A DNA stretch of 64,000 nt from Squalus acanthias (Eukaryota), in assembly GCA_030390025.1 (NCBI GenBank), contig CM059452.1, forward strand, positions 6,634,001 through 6,698,000, given 5' to 3'. Of this stretch, positions 36,490 through 49,865 are shown piece by piece. Position 1 is the stretch's first letter. Each line of letters begins with the position of its first letter. The position numbers and the translations under genes were made by a program. The notes under the pieces are model-generated. The model did no database searches. It worked only from the letters and a program-made list of their open reading frames with translations, and was not told the origin of the DNA.

Positions 36490-37772
36490 GACTTCATTTT
36501 GTATTTCTGTTTATTTCAATAATTCATTCATTCATTCACTGAAACTTGGGTTTGGTGGATTCTGTATTGAGATTTTTTGCAATGTTTCATTTGATTCTGC
36601 TGCAAAGGGATAATAGATTTAAACAGTTACTTCAGAAAAAATTGTTTTTGAGGGATTGAGCCCCTGATTGATGTCATTTGGTGTTTATCTGCTGATGAGA
36701 TTGTGCACCTGGGTTACTTTAAATACCTAACGGTCATTGAACTGTTTGGAGTTTCTACAATGTTTAATCTCGGTGGCATCAAATGGTTGCAGGTTTTCTG
36801 ACCAAATGTAAACATTGTGTTTAAATGTGTTTGAAATAAGATTGTAAGAAGAAAACAGAAAGCTTTAGTGCTCAAAAAAAATCTTAAGATATTTAATGTA
36901 TTTTTGTTTCTGATATTTACATTGTCAGCTATTAATCTAATGTTCACCAATGGTCATATTCAATACATGAAATGTTATTGTAATTAATAACTAAATAATT
37001 AACAATTTTGAGCCTGAATCAGATTTAAATGAATATAAATTAAATCATTATAATGTAGTAATATCACCCAATATTACAACAATATGCTATATTAATATTA
37101 ATTTATTAAACCTGATCCGTCTAATCACAATTCTGCTGTCATTATTTTATATTTTTGTTTATTTCAATAATTAATTCGCTCAGTGATAGATGGGTTCCCT
37201 GGATTCTGTATTGAGATCTTTTTGCAATGTTACATTTGATTCTGCTGAAAGGGTTTATAGAATGAAGCTGCTTCTCTACAAAACGTTCTGTTGCGGGATT
37301 CAGCCCCTCAGTGATGTGATTTGCTGTTTATCTGCTGAGGAGAGTGTGTGCCTGGGTTACTTTGAATAACTAAAGTTTGTGAAACTGTTTGGAGTTTCTG
37401 CAATGTTTAATCTCGGTGACATCGAACTACTGCAGGTTTTCTGATCTGTTTAAACTGTTTGAAAGATGATTGTAGGCAGGCAACATGTAGGTTTTATGAA
37501 TCAAAAATCGTTTAAAATAATTTAGTGCATCCTTTTATTTAAGTGAGAATTACAGATTCAACTATTAATCTATGGTTTACGGTGCTCACATTTAGTAGGT
37601 GAAATGTTACTGTAATTACGAATTATATAATTAACAATTTGCAGGTTGAAGGAGAGTTAAATTAATATAACTCAAACGATTAGAATGCGGTAATATCGCC
37701 CAATATTACTAAATATGTTGCAGTATTAATATTAATGTATTAAACATTATTCGGCTTCCACAATTCTGCTGT
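36490..37772 (+). repeat. ~650-bp AT-rich tandem duplication in the JH-C intron
   Basis: 36,500-37,137 aligns with 37,150-37,772, for example TTTATTTCAATAATT, GGATTCTGTATTGAGAT and CACAATTCTGCTGT. Confidence 0.8.
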
Positions 37773-39984
37773 GCACTGGTCACAATTAACCTGAGCGGAA
37801 CATTTTAGAGGCTGGAAACAATTTCTGATTATGTCTGAAATTATTTTAATAACAGCAGACTGATTTCACCGCAGTGTTCAGTTTAATGAGGGGTTTGAAA
37901 TTAATTGTGATCTCCCTGTTTTAGACAGATAAATGACAGATTGTATTTAATGTATTTAATTATGCATTAAATGCGAGTTGTAAATTGCAGTTTGTAAATG
38001 TAATAAATCTGCCGGGTTATTAAATTCTTACTGTGCAGCGGTATTTGTTATTTGTTGTTTGATAGCGAGACAATTATCACTAAACTGATCTTAATCAGTT
38101 TGTAAGATCATAGGCTGAGAAGTCGCTGGCAGTCAAAGAATTGTTCATATAATTCTATTTAAATTCAAGGAAGGTGCAGACTGCGTAAGGCTGGAGACAG
38201 ACAAATAACCCATTGACATTCAAGCAGATTAATTTAATTACTAAAGTTTAATATTAGTTTTGAATTTAATAACAACATCCTGTCTCCCATAGCTGTGCTG
38301 TATACGGGATAGAATTATAGACAGTGAGCAGATTTCATCTGAGAGTTATGTTTAATTCTCATTAATACCAAATTAATCAACAAAATCTCTCCTCCATTTG
38401 CTCATTAAATTTCAGTGTCGGAGATGGTCTGATTGATTTGTTCCCTGCCAGTTTTACACTGATCATTCTGGAACTGATTTTCAATAAATAGCAGAATATA
38501 ATTAATAATTAATTTACGGGCATTGTGTGAATTACTGGAGTAAAATACAACATGTTTGTCCGTGTTATTAAATAGCGGAGTCTCTGTTACTGACTGCAAA
38601 CTGGCCGGTTGTCTTTTATTTCATTAAAATATTTTTTTATATTTAAGATTGAGGACAATGTTCAAACTCGAGAGCCCTGCTTTAGTAAACATACGGTGTT
38701 ACAGTCCATCGGTAGTTAGTGAGATGTGACCACGGCCAGACTTTGAACTATTTAAAATAGTCCACTCCCAAATCCATCATGTGAAATCCACTGTGAGTAA
38801 AGATGGAGTTTATGTTGTATCAGAGAGTTCAGAAACATGCAGAGTTGACAAGTGTGTAGATAGAGAGCGGGAAAGTATTAGAAGTTAGTGACCATTTTAA
38901 ACTATTCAAATGTGATTTGGTTTAAGTAAAAATAATATATTTGTCTGAATGTCTTTATCTATTAATATTATTCTTAATATTTTAATATTGATAATTGCCA
39001 TTTTAATGTAAGTGAAACCCTATTAGTTCCCAAGTTACCAGGTAGAAACAGGATTAAAATTTGTATCAGCTAATTTTATTATAATGCAGCATAACACCAG
39101 CTAACATCAATATTAACTTAGAGTTTAATATCAGTGCGAATTTATTAAACACACCTGATCTCCCACAATTGCGTTGTATACTGGACAGGATTACAGTTAC
39201 TGCAAAATCTCAAGAGTTGGAGAGAATTTTAAATTATGTCTAAAATTAATTTAGAAACAATACATGTCTTACTCAGCTGTGCTCAGCTCGAGAAGGTGTA
39301 GCCGCAGATTTTAATGAATTAACTTTGTGTTTGGCCTCAATGATTTTTCAGGTTATATTTAATGATGAAATTACATTAACCCAGTGGGTAATCGGTCTTC
39401 AATGTAAATGTTTCCTGGTTTGTTAAATTCTTGCTCTGTCACGGAGTCCCTGTTATATGCAGCAAATTACCCTGGAATGTGAATTATTTCAGTAAACTGG
39501 TTTTTAGGGAAACTAAATCTTACTCGGTTTGTAAGATTGTAGACAGGGAGGGAGAAATGGTTGGAAGTCGAAGAACGCTTTTCAAATTAATATCAGTTTC
39601 ATTTCAAAAAACGTTCAGACTTGAGGTGGTCAGAAATTGACAAGGGGTCAATTGGAAATCAGCTTCATTGAAATTGACAGATTGAACAGATCTATCTGCT
39701 GAGAGCACGATTGTTGCACCGTTTGTGTCTGCTCTGTTTCTGTGCGCCTGCTCACTGTGTGAGAATCAGGAGTCCTCCTGACTGGTTGTAAACCTGCTGG
39801 TTTGTTCTCTTGTGTTTCATGGAGTACAATTCGACTCAGTTATTTCAGAAGCTTGTATCTTTGAGAAATGCGATAGTTTGACTTTATGTTTGAGGAGGCG
39901 CCTCAGAAATGGGCTCAGAAACCCAGTTTGTGACATTCAGAAGGAGCAGTTCAGAAACACTTCTGACAGACAATAGAAGGAGCT

Positions 39985-40960
39985 TTAATCAGTTTCTAAC
40001 CCGGGCCGTACTTGCCCTGCGTGTGTTTGATTATGCAATGTAGAGGGAACTTTACTCTGTATCTAATCCGTGCTGGCCCTGCCCTGGGAGTGTTTGATGG
40101 GACATTGTAGACGGAGCTTTACTCTGTATCTAACCAATGCTCTACCAGCCCTGGGAGTGTTTGATGGGACAGTGTAGAGGGAGATTTACTCTGTATTTAA
40201 CCCGTTTTGTCCCTGCCCTGGGAGTGTTTGATGGGACAGTGCAGAGGGAGCTTTACACTGTATCTAACCCGTGCTGTACCTGCCCTGGGAGTGTTTGATC
40301 GGACAGTGCAGAGGGAGCTTTAAACTGTATCTAACCCGTGCTGTACCTGCCCTGGGAGTGTTTGATTGGACAGTGTAGAGGGAGCTTTACTCTGTATCTA
40401 ACCTGTGCTGGACCTGCCCTGTGAGTGTTTGATGGGACAGTGTGGAGGGAGCTTTACTCTGTATCTAACCCGTGCTGTACCTGCCCTGGGAGTGTTTGAT
40501 GGGACAGTGTAGAGAAAGCTTTACTCTGTATCTAACCCATGCTGTACCTGCCCTGGGAGTGTTTTGTGGGGCAGTGTACAAGGAGAATGTACACTCTATT
40601 TAACCAGTGTAGACTTGGCTTACCTCGGAATCAATTCCTTGCTATACCTGACCATACTGCATGGCAGGGCAGTGCAGAGTGAGCTTTACTCTGTATCTGT
40701 CCTGTAACAGACCTGTGAGTGCTGTACCTGCCATGGGAGTGTTTGATGGGATAGTGTAGAGGGAGCATATTTCTATTTCTAACCCGTGCTGTACCTGCCC
40801 TGGTTGTGTTTTATGGGGCAGTGTACAGGGAGAATTTACTCTGTATTTAACCAGTGCGGTATCTTACCGGGTGTGTTTGACAGTACCGTGCAGACTTGGC
40901 TTTGCTCGGAATCAATCCCTTGCTACACCTGACAGTGCAGAGGGAGCTTTACTCTATGTC
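39985..40960. repeat. ~60-bp tandem satellite in the JH-Cmu intron
   Basis: Unit CTGTATCTAACCCGTGCTGTACCTGCCCTGGGAGTGTTTGATGGGACAGTGTAGAGGGAGCTTTACT. Confidence 0.92.
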
Positions 40961-41719
40961 TTCTGTACAGTAACAGAGCTGAGAGTGCTTTGTCCCGTGT
41001 TGCTCAAGGAACCTCAATCTGCATTCAACTAATAAAGTGTGAGTTCTCGAGCCAGATATATAAAAACAAAACTTTCCATTGCTCCAGTGAAAGAACCGCG
41101 CATTAATGAGTTTAACTTTATTGCCAAATATAACTGCCCAATTTTTAATGAATTGATAAACTTTAAACATTTTGAGTATCAGATAATGATTGAATGAGAT
41201 TGGCCTGTTCCTGAGCTCACTTTCAGAACAAACAGTTTCAGGAAGTGACTGTAACGCTCCAGAAAGCAGCGCCTGTTCTGATCTGATGGGAGGCTGGAAG
41301 TTATTTTGACAATTTAAATGGAGAATGTCGAGACTCCAGCTCCAAATAACCATCCTGGGAACCTTATATTTGAAAGCATTATTTCGTTCAATTGTTTTTA
41401 AAAAGGTACCAGGCAGGGACAAACTCGGGTGAGGTTCAGCTATTGGACTGGGTCACAGCACAAGGCTCACAGTCACTGAGCCGCACCTCTGTGAAGCATT
41501 TAAAGAGACACAGTCAGTCTGCGATGAGTCGTCATTGACAATAAGCTTTAAGACTCCGTGAAGGGGTCCAATTCAATCATTTGAGTCAAATTCCTCCGTT
41601 CCCTTTATTTTAAATATCCTCTTGCATTATAACCAACAATAAAAATAGATCTGATGGAGGTGTTGAACATTATGAAGCGTTTCCTTCCATTAAATCGGGA
41701 AGAACTAATTCCGCTGAGC

Positions 41720-42845
41720 CGTGTAGAATCACAGAATCTCAGAGAACAGAAGGGGCCATTCGGCCCGTCTTGCCTGTGCTGGCTCTGAAAGAGCTGTTCA
41801 ATCAAATCACAGCTTTTTCCTCTTAACTCTGCAAATGAGTCCTCTTGAAGAACATGTCCAGTTGCCTTGTGCATTCCAGAACTTAACAACCCTCTGTTTG
41901 AAAAACAATTATGCTCATTTCCCCTCTAGTTAATTTGCCAATTATTTTAAATCTGTGACCTTTGATTACTGACCTACTCGCCAGAGGAAACCGTTTCCCC
42001 CTATGTGCTCTGACAAAACCTCTCACAATTTTGAACAACTCTATTAGATCTCCCCGTAACTTTCACTGCTCCAAGGAACAATCCCAGTTTCTCCAATCTC
42101 TCCGCATAATTAAAGTCTCTCATACCTGGTATCATCCTGGTCAACCTCCTCTGTACCCTCTCCAAGGCCTTGTCATCCTTCCTAAATTGTGGTGTCAGAA
42201 TTGAATACACTGCTCCAGCTGATGCCTAACCAGTGATTTGTAAAGGTTTAACAGGACTTCCTTGTTTCTGTATTTAATTACCCTTTTACAATGGCAAGTA
42301 CCCCACAATCTTCCGAAACCGCCTAATCAACTTGCCCTGCCACCTTCCAAGATTTGTGAAGATGCACCCCAGGTCCCACTGCTCTTGCACCCCCTCAAAG
42401 TGCATCACTTCACACTTATCTGCATTAAATTGCATCAGCCACATGTCTGCCCATTTCACCAGTCTGTCTATATCCCCCTGAATTTCGCTGCTATCCTGCT
42501 CAAGAGTTACTACGTTGCCAAGTTTTGCATCTTCCATGAACGTGGATACTGTACTCCCTATAAACAACTCCAGGTAATTTATATATAAAACAGGAAAAGC
42601 AGTGGTCCTAAAAGGGGACCCCATTGTATACTTCTCTCCAGTAAGAAAAACATCCGTTCACCACTACTCTCTGCCTCCTCTCCCTCAGCCAATTACGTTC
42701 CTCAAGTTACCTGCATTCCTTTAATCCCATGTGCTTCTATTTTACGAATAAGTCTTCATGAGATACATTATAAAATGCCGTTTGAAAGTCTATGTGTACA
42801 ACACCTATTGCAACACCATCATCAACCCTCTCTGTTACTTCACAC
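41720..42845 (-). mobile_element. Degraded CR1 LINE fragment
   Basis: LERVQRRLTRMIPG and MQFNADKCEVMHF fragments. Confidence 0.85.
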
Positions 42846-44611
42846 TGTAGACCGAGCTTTCAGTATCTGACCAACAAGCCGCAGGTGTTTGAGTTATCCG
42901 CACAAACTAGAAGCCAGACTTGCCCATATCAGCAGTCAGCACATTAGTTACATTTGTCCTTCCTTGCATAGAACCCGCTGATAACCAATCGATTTATAAT
43001 GTTTAAGGATTGCTGATATTAGATATTTAGAGAAGAAACATGTCCCGACATTTAGATTATTTTCGGTACAAACAGCAACAAGAAGTGACTGTAACGACCC
43101 AGAAAGCAGCGCCTGTTCTCACTGGTGGGAGGGTGGAAAGTAATTTGGAAAATAAAATGGAGCATTTAAAGAGCATCGTTCCATATAACCGGCTTTGGGA
43201 ATCGTATTTAATTCGGATTATTTAATTGAGTGAGTGGGAGGAGGAAATTCAGGAGACGTCCATTCAGTAGAATGGGATAGAGCTCAAGTCACACTGCATC
43301 GCTCTCCCTCCAATTCTGAGAAGGAAAGAGAGAGACTCGAATCAATCCCGATTCATCGAAAGCTTGAATCTTAGAAACCAGGCTGTGCAAAAGTTCCCTA
43401 TTCAAATCTGTGCGCTGAATTATTCAGTTCACATTTTAAACGAGACTTCATCCATTTATTGTAAACGTCCTTTATTGTCATGGGAACAAAGAAGATTTAG
43501 AGGGGTTTTGGAATTTTGAAGGGTTTTTTGAAGGGATTCGGGAAACATATTTCCCCGGGTCGGTGAGTTGGTGAGTAAATGGCACTGATTGAACATCAGC
43601 AGCAACAGAATGAAGGGAGAGGGTATTATTCTACTTTTCTACACAGAGGACTGTTGGATATGGGATGTCCTATCAGAATTGGACGGCATGCAGACTCCAT
43701 AATAGCTCGATAAAATTGAATATTTGAGAAGATTGGGAATTGGAAGGTGCACGGGATTGGTGGAGAGATCTTTCAGAAGCGTGATTGGCCGAATAACCTC
43801 CTTCTGTGCTGTAAAGATGTATTATTTTATAATTCTGGATCATGCTTTATAAACATGCTGGGATTTGTTTTAAAGGTAATACAACTGGTAGATCTAGCTG
43901 TAGGAGTTGTGTGATTAGGAGAACTAATCCCACCGCTATTCAAACAAGTCTATCCCCTGAAAACTACATCTTGCATTTATATAGCGCCTTTAACGTAGTA
44001 AAACGTCTCAAGATGATTCACAGGAGCGTCAGCAGATACAATCTGACACCGAGCCACATAAGGAGATATCATTTTATTCTTTAGTATGGTTGGTAGTTAC
44101 TCTGACAGTTGAACAAAAGCTTGGTCAAAGAGGTAGGTTTTAAGGCAGCATCTTACAATGGAGAGATGACGACACTTTGATATCAAGGAATGGCCTGATT
44201 CTGTGCTGATAATAAGAGGCTGACAGCAAAAGGCTGTAGGGAGGAGCTCAGTGGACAGAATGTGAAAGAATCTAATGTGAAAGTGGTTGGGGAATGAGGG
44301 GTGTGTTCCATAACAGGTGATCAAGAGCTGGAGGAAGTCCCGATACAATATTCCAGCATTCACTCGGTATAAAGGGGCCTCATGGACAGAATGCCCCTTT
44401 CAGACTCCTGACTTCTCTTATGTACAAGACTGGAGTCACATGAAGGCGTTTCACGTCGGGTCTCACAACTCACAGAAACTCAAATACTGATCTAGGTTTT
44501 GATCGGCAAATGATGGAATTGTTCATCCTGTAGTCACATTTCGAGTTGTTTGGTTATGTTATAAGCACGGATTACAGAGTCTAACTTGTTCAATTGGCCA
44601 TTCTTTCCCAG

Positions 44612-44911
44612 CGACACAGTCTCCTCCCACCCTCTACGCCCTGCTCTCCTCCTGTGAACAACCCAACACCGGCGGCCCCGTCACGTACGGCTGTTTGGCG
44701 ATGGACTACTTGCCGGAAATCACCAGCCTTTCCTGGAGTAAAGATAAAGAGCCGATCACCATTGGATTGAAGACCTACCCGTCAGTGTTCAACAAGAAGG
44801 GAACCTACACCCTGAGCAGCCAGTTAACCATCACCGAGTCAGAGGTGGGGAGCAGCACAATCTACTGCCAGGTTCGACGAAGTGAGACGGACTGGAGCGT
44901 CCAAATGCCAG
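44612..44911 (+). CDS. IGHM: IgM constant exon Cmu1
   Basis: [33 protein letters not shown]...TYPSV...[24 protein letters not shown] boundaries, phase 1, 300 nt. Recognisably shark mu chain. Confidence 0.95.
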
Positions 44912-44934
44912 GTTAGTGTTGTGGGATACAGGGG

Positions 44935-46065
44935 GAAACTGTGAAAAGCAGAGAAGTTATGTTCAACTTCTATACAACTTTGTTTAGACCAGACTTAGAG
45001 CACTGTGTACAGGTCTGGTCTCCATATCACACTAAGAGCACTGTGCACAGGTCTGGTCTCCATATCACACTTAGAGTGCTTTGTACAGGTCTGGTCTCCA
45101 TATCACACTTAGAGTACTGTGTACAGGTCTGATCTCCATATCACACTGAGAGTACTGTGTATAGGTCTGGTCTCCATATCACACTTAGAGTGCTTTGTAC
45201 AGGTCTGGTCTCCATATCACACTTAGAGTACTGTGTATAGGTCTGGTCTCCATATCACACTTAGAGTGCTGTGTACAGGTCTGGTCTCCATATCACACTT
45301 AGAGTACTGTGTACAGGTCTGGTCTCCATATCACACTTAGAGTGCTGTGTACTGGTCTGGTCTCCATATCACACTTAGAGTGCTGTGTACAGGTTTGGTC
45401 TCCATATCACACTTAGCGTACTGTGTACAGGATGGTCTCCATATCACACTTAGAGTGCTGTGTACAGCTCTGGTCTCCATATCACACTTAGAGTACTGTG
45501 TACAGGTCTGGTCTTCATAATCACACTTACTGTACTGTCCATAGTTCTGGTTTCCATTTTATAAGAATGATACAGAATGATGGAGAAGTTCAAAAGAAGA
45601 TTTACAAGATTTACCAGAACTGAAAAATTGTAACTGTCAGGAATGATTGAACGGGTTTGGGATCTTTAATCTAGAAAAGAGAAGGCTGAGGGGGGACCGA
45701 ATAGAGGTCTTTAAAATTATGAAGGGGTTTGAAACGTTAGATGTAGAGACAATATTTCTGCTTGAGGAGGAGCCCGATACTAGGGGCCATAAATATAAGA
45801 TAATCGCTAATAAATCCAATAGGGAATTCAGGAGAAACTTCTTTACCCAGAGAGTGGGTAGAATGTGGAACTCGCTACCACATGGAGTAGTTGAGGCGAA
45901 TAGAATAGATGCGTTTCAGGGGAATCTAGATAAGTACAGGAGGGAGAAAGGAATAGAAGGTTATGTTGATGGGGAGATGAAGTAGGGAGAGAGGAGGCTC
46001 ATGTGGAGCATAAACACCGACCTGATGGGCCGATTGACCTGTTTCTGTGTTGTAGATTCTATGTA
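44935..46065 (+). mobile_element. CR1 3' fragment containing an amplified 39-bp minisatellite (~44,990-45,540)
   Basis: LFRPDLEHCVQVWSP, then a tandem array of the same codons, then RRNFFTQRVGRMWNSLP. Confidence 0.88.
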
Positions 46066-46125
46066 AAAAACTGCTTTACAGTTCTTAATTGCAGCATAAT
46101 CCCAATAAAATGTATTTTCTTACAG

Positions 46126-46437
46126 ATCGTGTGGTACATCATCCAACTGTGATCCTCACCCTGAGTTCCAGTGAAGAAATCATCAGCAGCAGGTCTGCAA
46201 ACGCCGTCTGTTCAATCATCGATTTCCGTCCAATGTCACTGACCGTGAATTGGCTGAAGAATGGACAGCCCATGGATTCGGGCTTCGTCACCTCTCCCGT
46301 CTTTGAAGTGAACGGGAACTTCGCGGCGACCAGTCGGCTGACATTCCCCGCCGGGCAGTGGTTCGCCGGCTCGGTCTATACCTGCCAGGTCTCTCATCAA
46401 GGGGTCACCCAAAGCCGAAACATCTCCAGATCTAAGG
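46126..46437 (+). CDS. IGHM: IgM constant exon Cmu2
   Basis: [18 protein letters not shown]...CSIIDF...[16 protein letters not shown]...[17 protein letters not shown]. 312 nt with intact splice sites. Confidence 0.95.
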
Positions 46438-46739
46438 GTAAGAGACACAATCCCGAGCAGGTCAAGATCATTCTGAGCGCTGATCTCAGTCAGGACTTTT
46501 ATTGGAATTAGTAAAAAGCACAGATCTATTTCTAATTTCCAATCATACAGTTTATGTTTCCTTCCGATGTCAGTGCTGACTCAGGGTTCCTCACGGTTCA
46601 GGATTCCATCACTTCGACAAAGGTTTCCCTCAGCTGTGATGTCAGACAGTGAGTGAGGTGTCCTCAGTCTCAGGTTTACCCTGAGAAAGCTCTATTTCTA
46701 ATTTACAATCATGCTGTTTGCGTTTTCTTCCAATATAAA

Positions 46740-47175
46740 ATAGAAGAAAGAACTGCCTTTACATAGCGCCTTTCCCGACCTCCGGGTGTCCCAAGGCGCT
46801 TTTCCGCCAAGGAAGTACTTCCTGAAATGTGGTCACTGCTGTAATCTGGAAATCGCAGCGGCCAATTTGCAGACAGTAAGGTCCCACAAACAGCAACGTG
46901 ATAATGATCAGATCATCTTATTATTTGCTGATGTTTGTTGAGGGATAAGTATTGGCCAGGACACCTGGGGGAACTCCCCCGCTCTTCCTCGAAATAGTTC
47001 CATGGGATCGTTTTCGTTCAACTGAGAGGGCAGACGGGGCCTCGGTTTAACGTCTCCTTCGAAAGATGGCACCTCCGACAGTGCAGCGCTCCCTCAGTAC
47101 TGCACTGGAAGTATCAGCTCACATTTTGTGTTCAAGTATCTGGAGTGCGGCTTGAACCCACGATCCTCTGAATCA
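46740..47175 (-). mobile_element. Shark SINE (tRNA-derived head on the minus strand)
   Basis: Box-B-like GGTTCAAG on the minus strand near 47,150-47,160. The body is shared with 34,825-35,112. Confidence 0.6.
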
Positions 47176-47364
47176 GGATTCCTCATGGTTCAGGATTCCA
47201 CAACCTCGCCAAAGAAGATTTCCCTCTGCTCTGATGCCAGTCAGTGAGTGAGGTGTCCTTGGTCTCAGGTTAATCCTGAGTTGGCTGATCATATTCGGAG
47301 CGACAGTAGGTGTCTGGAACTCTTTGCTGGTAACTGTCTCGGGACCCACTGCTAGAAAGGGCAT

Positions 47365-47920
47365 CTTCCCTATTTAGAGAACTGCGTTCAATTCTGGTCA
47401 CCACACATCAGGATGGATATATTGGTTTTAGAGGGGATGCAACGCAAATTTACCTGAATCATACCGGGGCTGAAAGGGTTAAATTATGAGGACAGGTTGC
47501 ACAGAATAGGCTTGTATTCCTTTGATTATAGAAGATTAAGAGGTGATCTAATTGAGGTGTTTAAGTTGATAAATGGAATTGATAGGGGAGATAGAGAGAA
47601 ACTATTTCCTCTGGTGCGGGAGTCCAGAACCAGGGGCATAACCTTAAAATTAGAACTGAGCCGTTCAGCGGTGATGTCAGGAAGCACTTCTTCACACAAA
47701 GGACAGTGGAAATCTGGAACTCTCTCCCCGAAAAAGCTGTTGAGGCTGGGGGTCAACGGAAAATTTCAAAACTGAGATTGATAGATGTTTGTTAGGCAAG
47801 GGTATCAAGGGTTACAGAAACAAGGCAGGTAGATGGTGTTGAGGTGCAGATCAACCATGATCTCATTGAATGGCGGAACAGGCTGGATGGGCTGAATGGC
47901 CTACTCCTGTTCCCATGTTG
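47365..47920 (+). mobile_element. CR1 3' fragment
   Basis: RRLRGDLIEVFK...REKLFPLV..SRTRG. Confidence 0.85.
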
Positions 47921-48613
47921 TTATTACTGCCCTGCGGTCATATTTCCTTCTGACTGTCTCTCACCAGAGATGAGAAATGCTCACTAATGACAGAAATGAA
48001 CAAATTACTTCACATCGGCATTACAAATTATTCTCCACCACAAAAGACCCCTTGGAATTCCAACTCCCGACCTTTCACTTCTCCTCTGACAGGGGCTGCA
48101 ACTGATTCCTGCACATTTTCATCGCCCCAAAAATCGCAACAAGACAACAGAAAATTAACAATGTTTCCAGTTGCACCTAAAATCCTGGATTTCATTTGAC
48201 ACTCGTTTTGAAGCAGTGTAATTTTCGTGTAGAGCTCTTGACGCTGGAGGCGGGAAAATTATAATGAGTGGGAATGCGTTCGGGAACAAGGATCTATAGA
48301 CGGGCGTAAAGGAGCAAGCGATTTCGGATAGAGCGCTATTTAGTGCCAAATAAATTGCGCCCGAATTTATTCACTTTTTACGCCGGGTATTGGCTTCACA
48401 GGAGGAGGCTCTGAGAGCAAATACACAGGAAATGTTAAAGAGTCTCCCGTAATCGTTGCCAATTCCTTGTCTTTCCAATAACGATGGTGTTTAAGCAACA
48501 ACGAGAGGTTAATCTCTCAAAGTTGATTTATTCTCCCTGAGAGAGTGAAGGCTGAATACTGGTGTCCTGATTCTCAAGATGAAGCTTTGCTTGACTTTCA
48601 TTTCTGTTCACAG

Positions 48614-48922
48614 TTGATTCCTCATGCAGCAAACCAGAAATCACTCTTCCGCAACCGTCACTAGAACAGGTTTTACTGGAGGCGACGGTGACCTTAACCT
48701 GCGTCGTATCTAATGCTCCTTATGGAGTCAACGTGTCCTGGACCCGAGAAAAGAAGACTTTGAAATCAGAGATTGCCGTCCAACGCGGAGAGGCTCCCAA
48801 CAGCGTGATCAGCAACTTAAACATCTCGACACAAGCCTGGCTGAGTGGGGATGAGTTCTACTGCGTGGTGAGCCATCAGGATATGCCGACTCCTATAAGA
48901 GATTCCATCCACAAGGAAAAAG
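48614..48922 (+). CDS. IGHM: IgM constant exon Cmu3
   Basis: [10 protein letters not shown]...[26 protein letters not shown]...[19 protein letters not shown]. 309 nt. Confidence 0.95.
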
Positions 48923-49439
48923 GTGAGCGGTGAGATTGTAGCAGTAAGTGAGACTCTGTGGCTATTTCCAGTGCTTGTGCACGGCCCGTTTCGTTATATT
49001 AAGTGTTTTAATGGACTGCTCTGATAATTCAATGGATAATTCCACGAACTAAACCCTCTGGGACCCGATATGTTGCATTTAAAGGGAAGCTGTATAAGTC
49101 AATGAGGGAAAAAGGAATAGAAGGATATGTTATTGGGGTTAGATGAAGTAAGGTGGGAGGAGTCTCGAGTGGAGCATAAACAGCGGCATTGACCAGTTGG
49201 CCGAATGGTCTGTTTCTATGATGTGAATTCTATATAATTTTCCAGTCCAACTCTTCAAGCTCCCAGAGAGAAGGATTGTATCTCCCACTGCTCCGGCCTG
49301 GAAAACCGGACAGGACACAGAGGTGAAAAGGGAATCCTTTAAAATTCAGCGCAAAGCACATTTCTCTCACATTTAACAGTCGGTATCATTGTCCCTGGAA
49401 TTCTCCAGTTTATTGACCTTTATTGTAATTGTTCTGCAG

Positions 49440-49831
49440 TTGAAGATCCGCGGGAACCGTCCGTGTCTGTCCTCCTGCCCCCGGCAGAAGAAGTCTCCGC
49501 TCAGTGGTTCGTCACCCTCACCTGCTTAGTGAAAGGTTTCTCCCCGCGAGAGATCTTCGTCAAGTGGACCGTCAATGACAAGCCGGTGAATTCCGGCAAC
49601 TACAAGAACACCGAGGTGATGGCGGAGAACGGCAGCAGTTCCTTCTTCATGTACAGCCTGTTATCCATTGCAGCGGAGGAGTGGGCCAGCGGCGCTTCTT
49701 ACTCCTGTGTGGTGGGACATGAAGCGATCCCCTTGAAGATCATCAACAGAACCGCTAATAAATCCAGCGGTAAACCCAGTTTTGTGAACATTTCCCTTGT
49801 TCTGATGGACACCGTCAATTCTTGTCAATGA
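49440..49831 (+). CDS. IGHM: IgM Cmu4 plus secretory tailpiece
   Basis: [13 protein letters not shown]...[17 protein letters not shown]...YSCVVGHEA...[23 protein letters not shown]. Internal donor G|GTAAAC at 49769/49770 for the membrane form. Confidence 0.96.
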
Positions 49832-49859
49832 GAATTTCTCGATTGCATTTCAGTTCTTA

Positions 49860-49865
49860 AATAAA
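49860..49865 (+). terminator. Secretory-form polyadenylation signal
   Basis: AATAAA about 30 bp after the secretory stop codon. Confidence 0.75.

Noticed and set aside
35518-49831. Identification as IgM1gj or IgNAR
   Set aside because: Cmu2 is present, J is not joined, and the V has a full conventional FR2 and CDR2.
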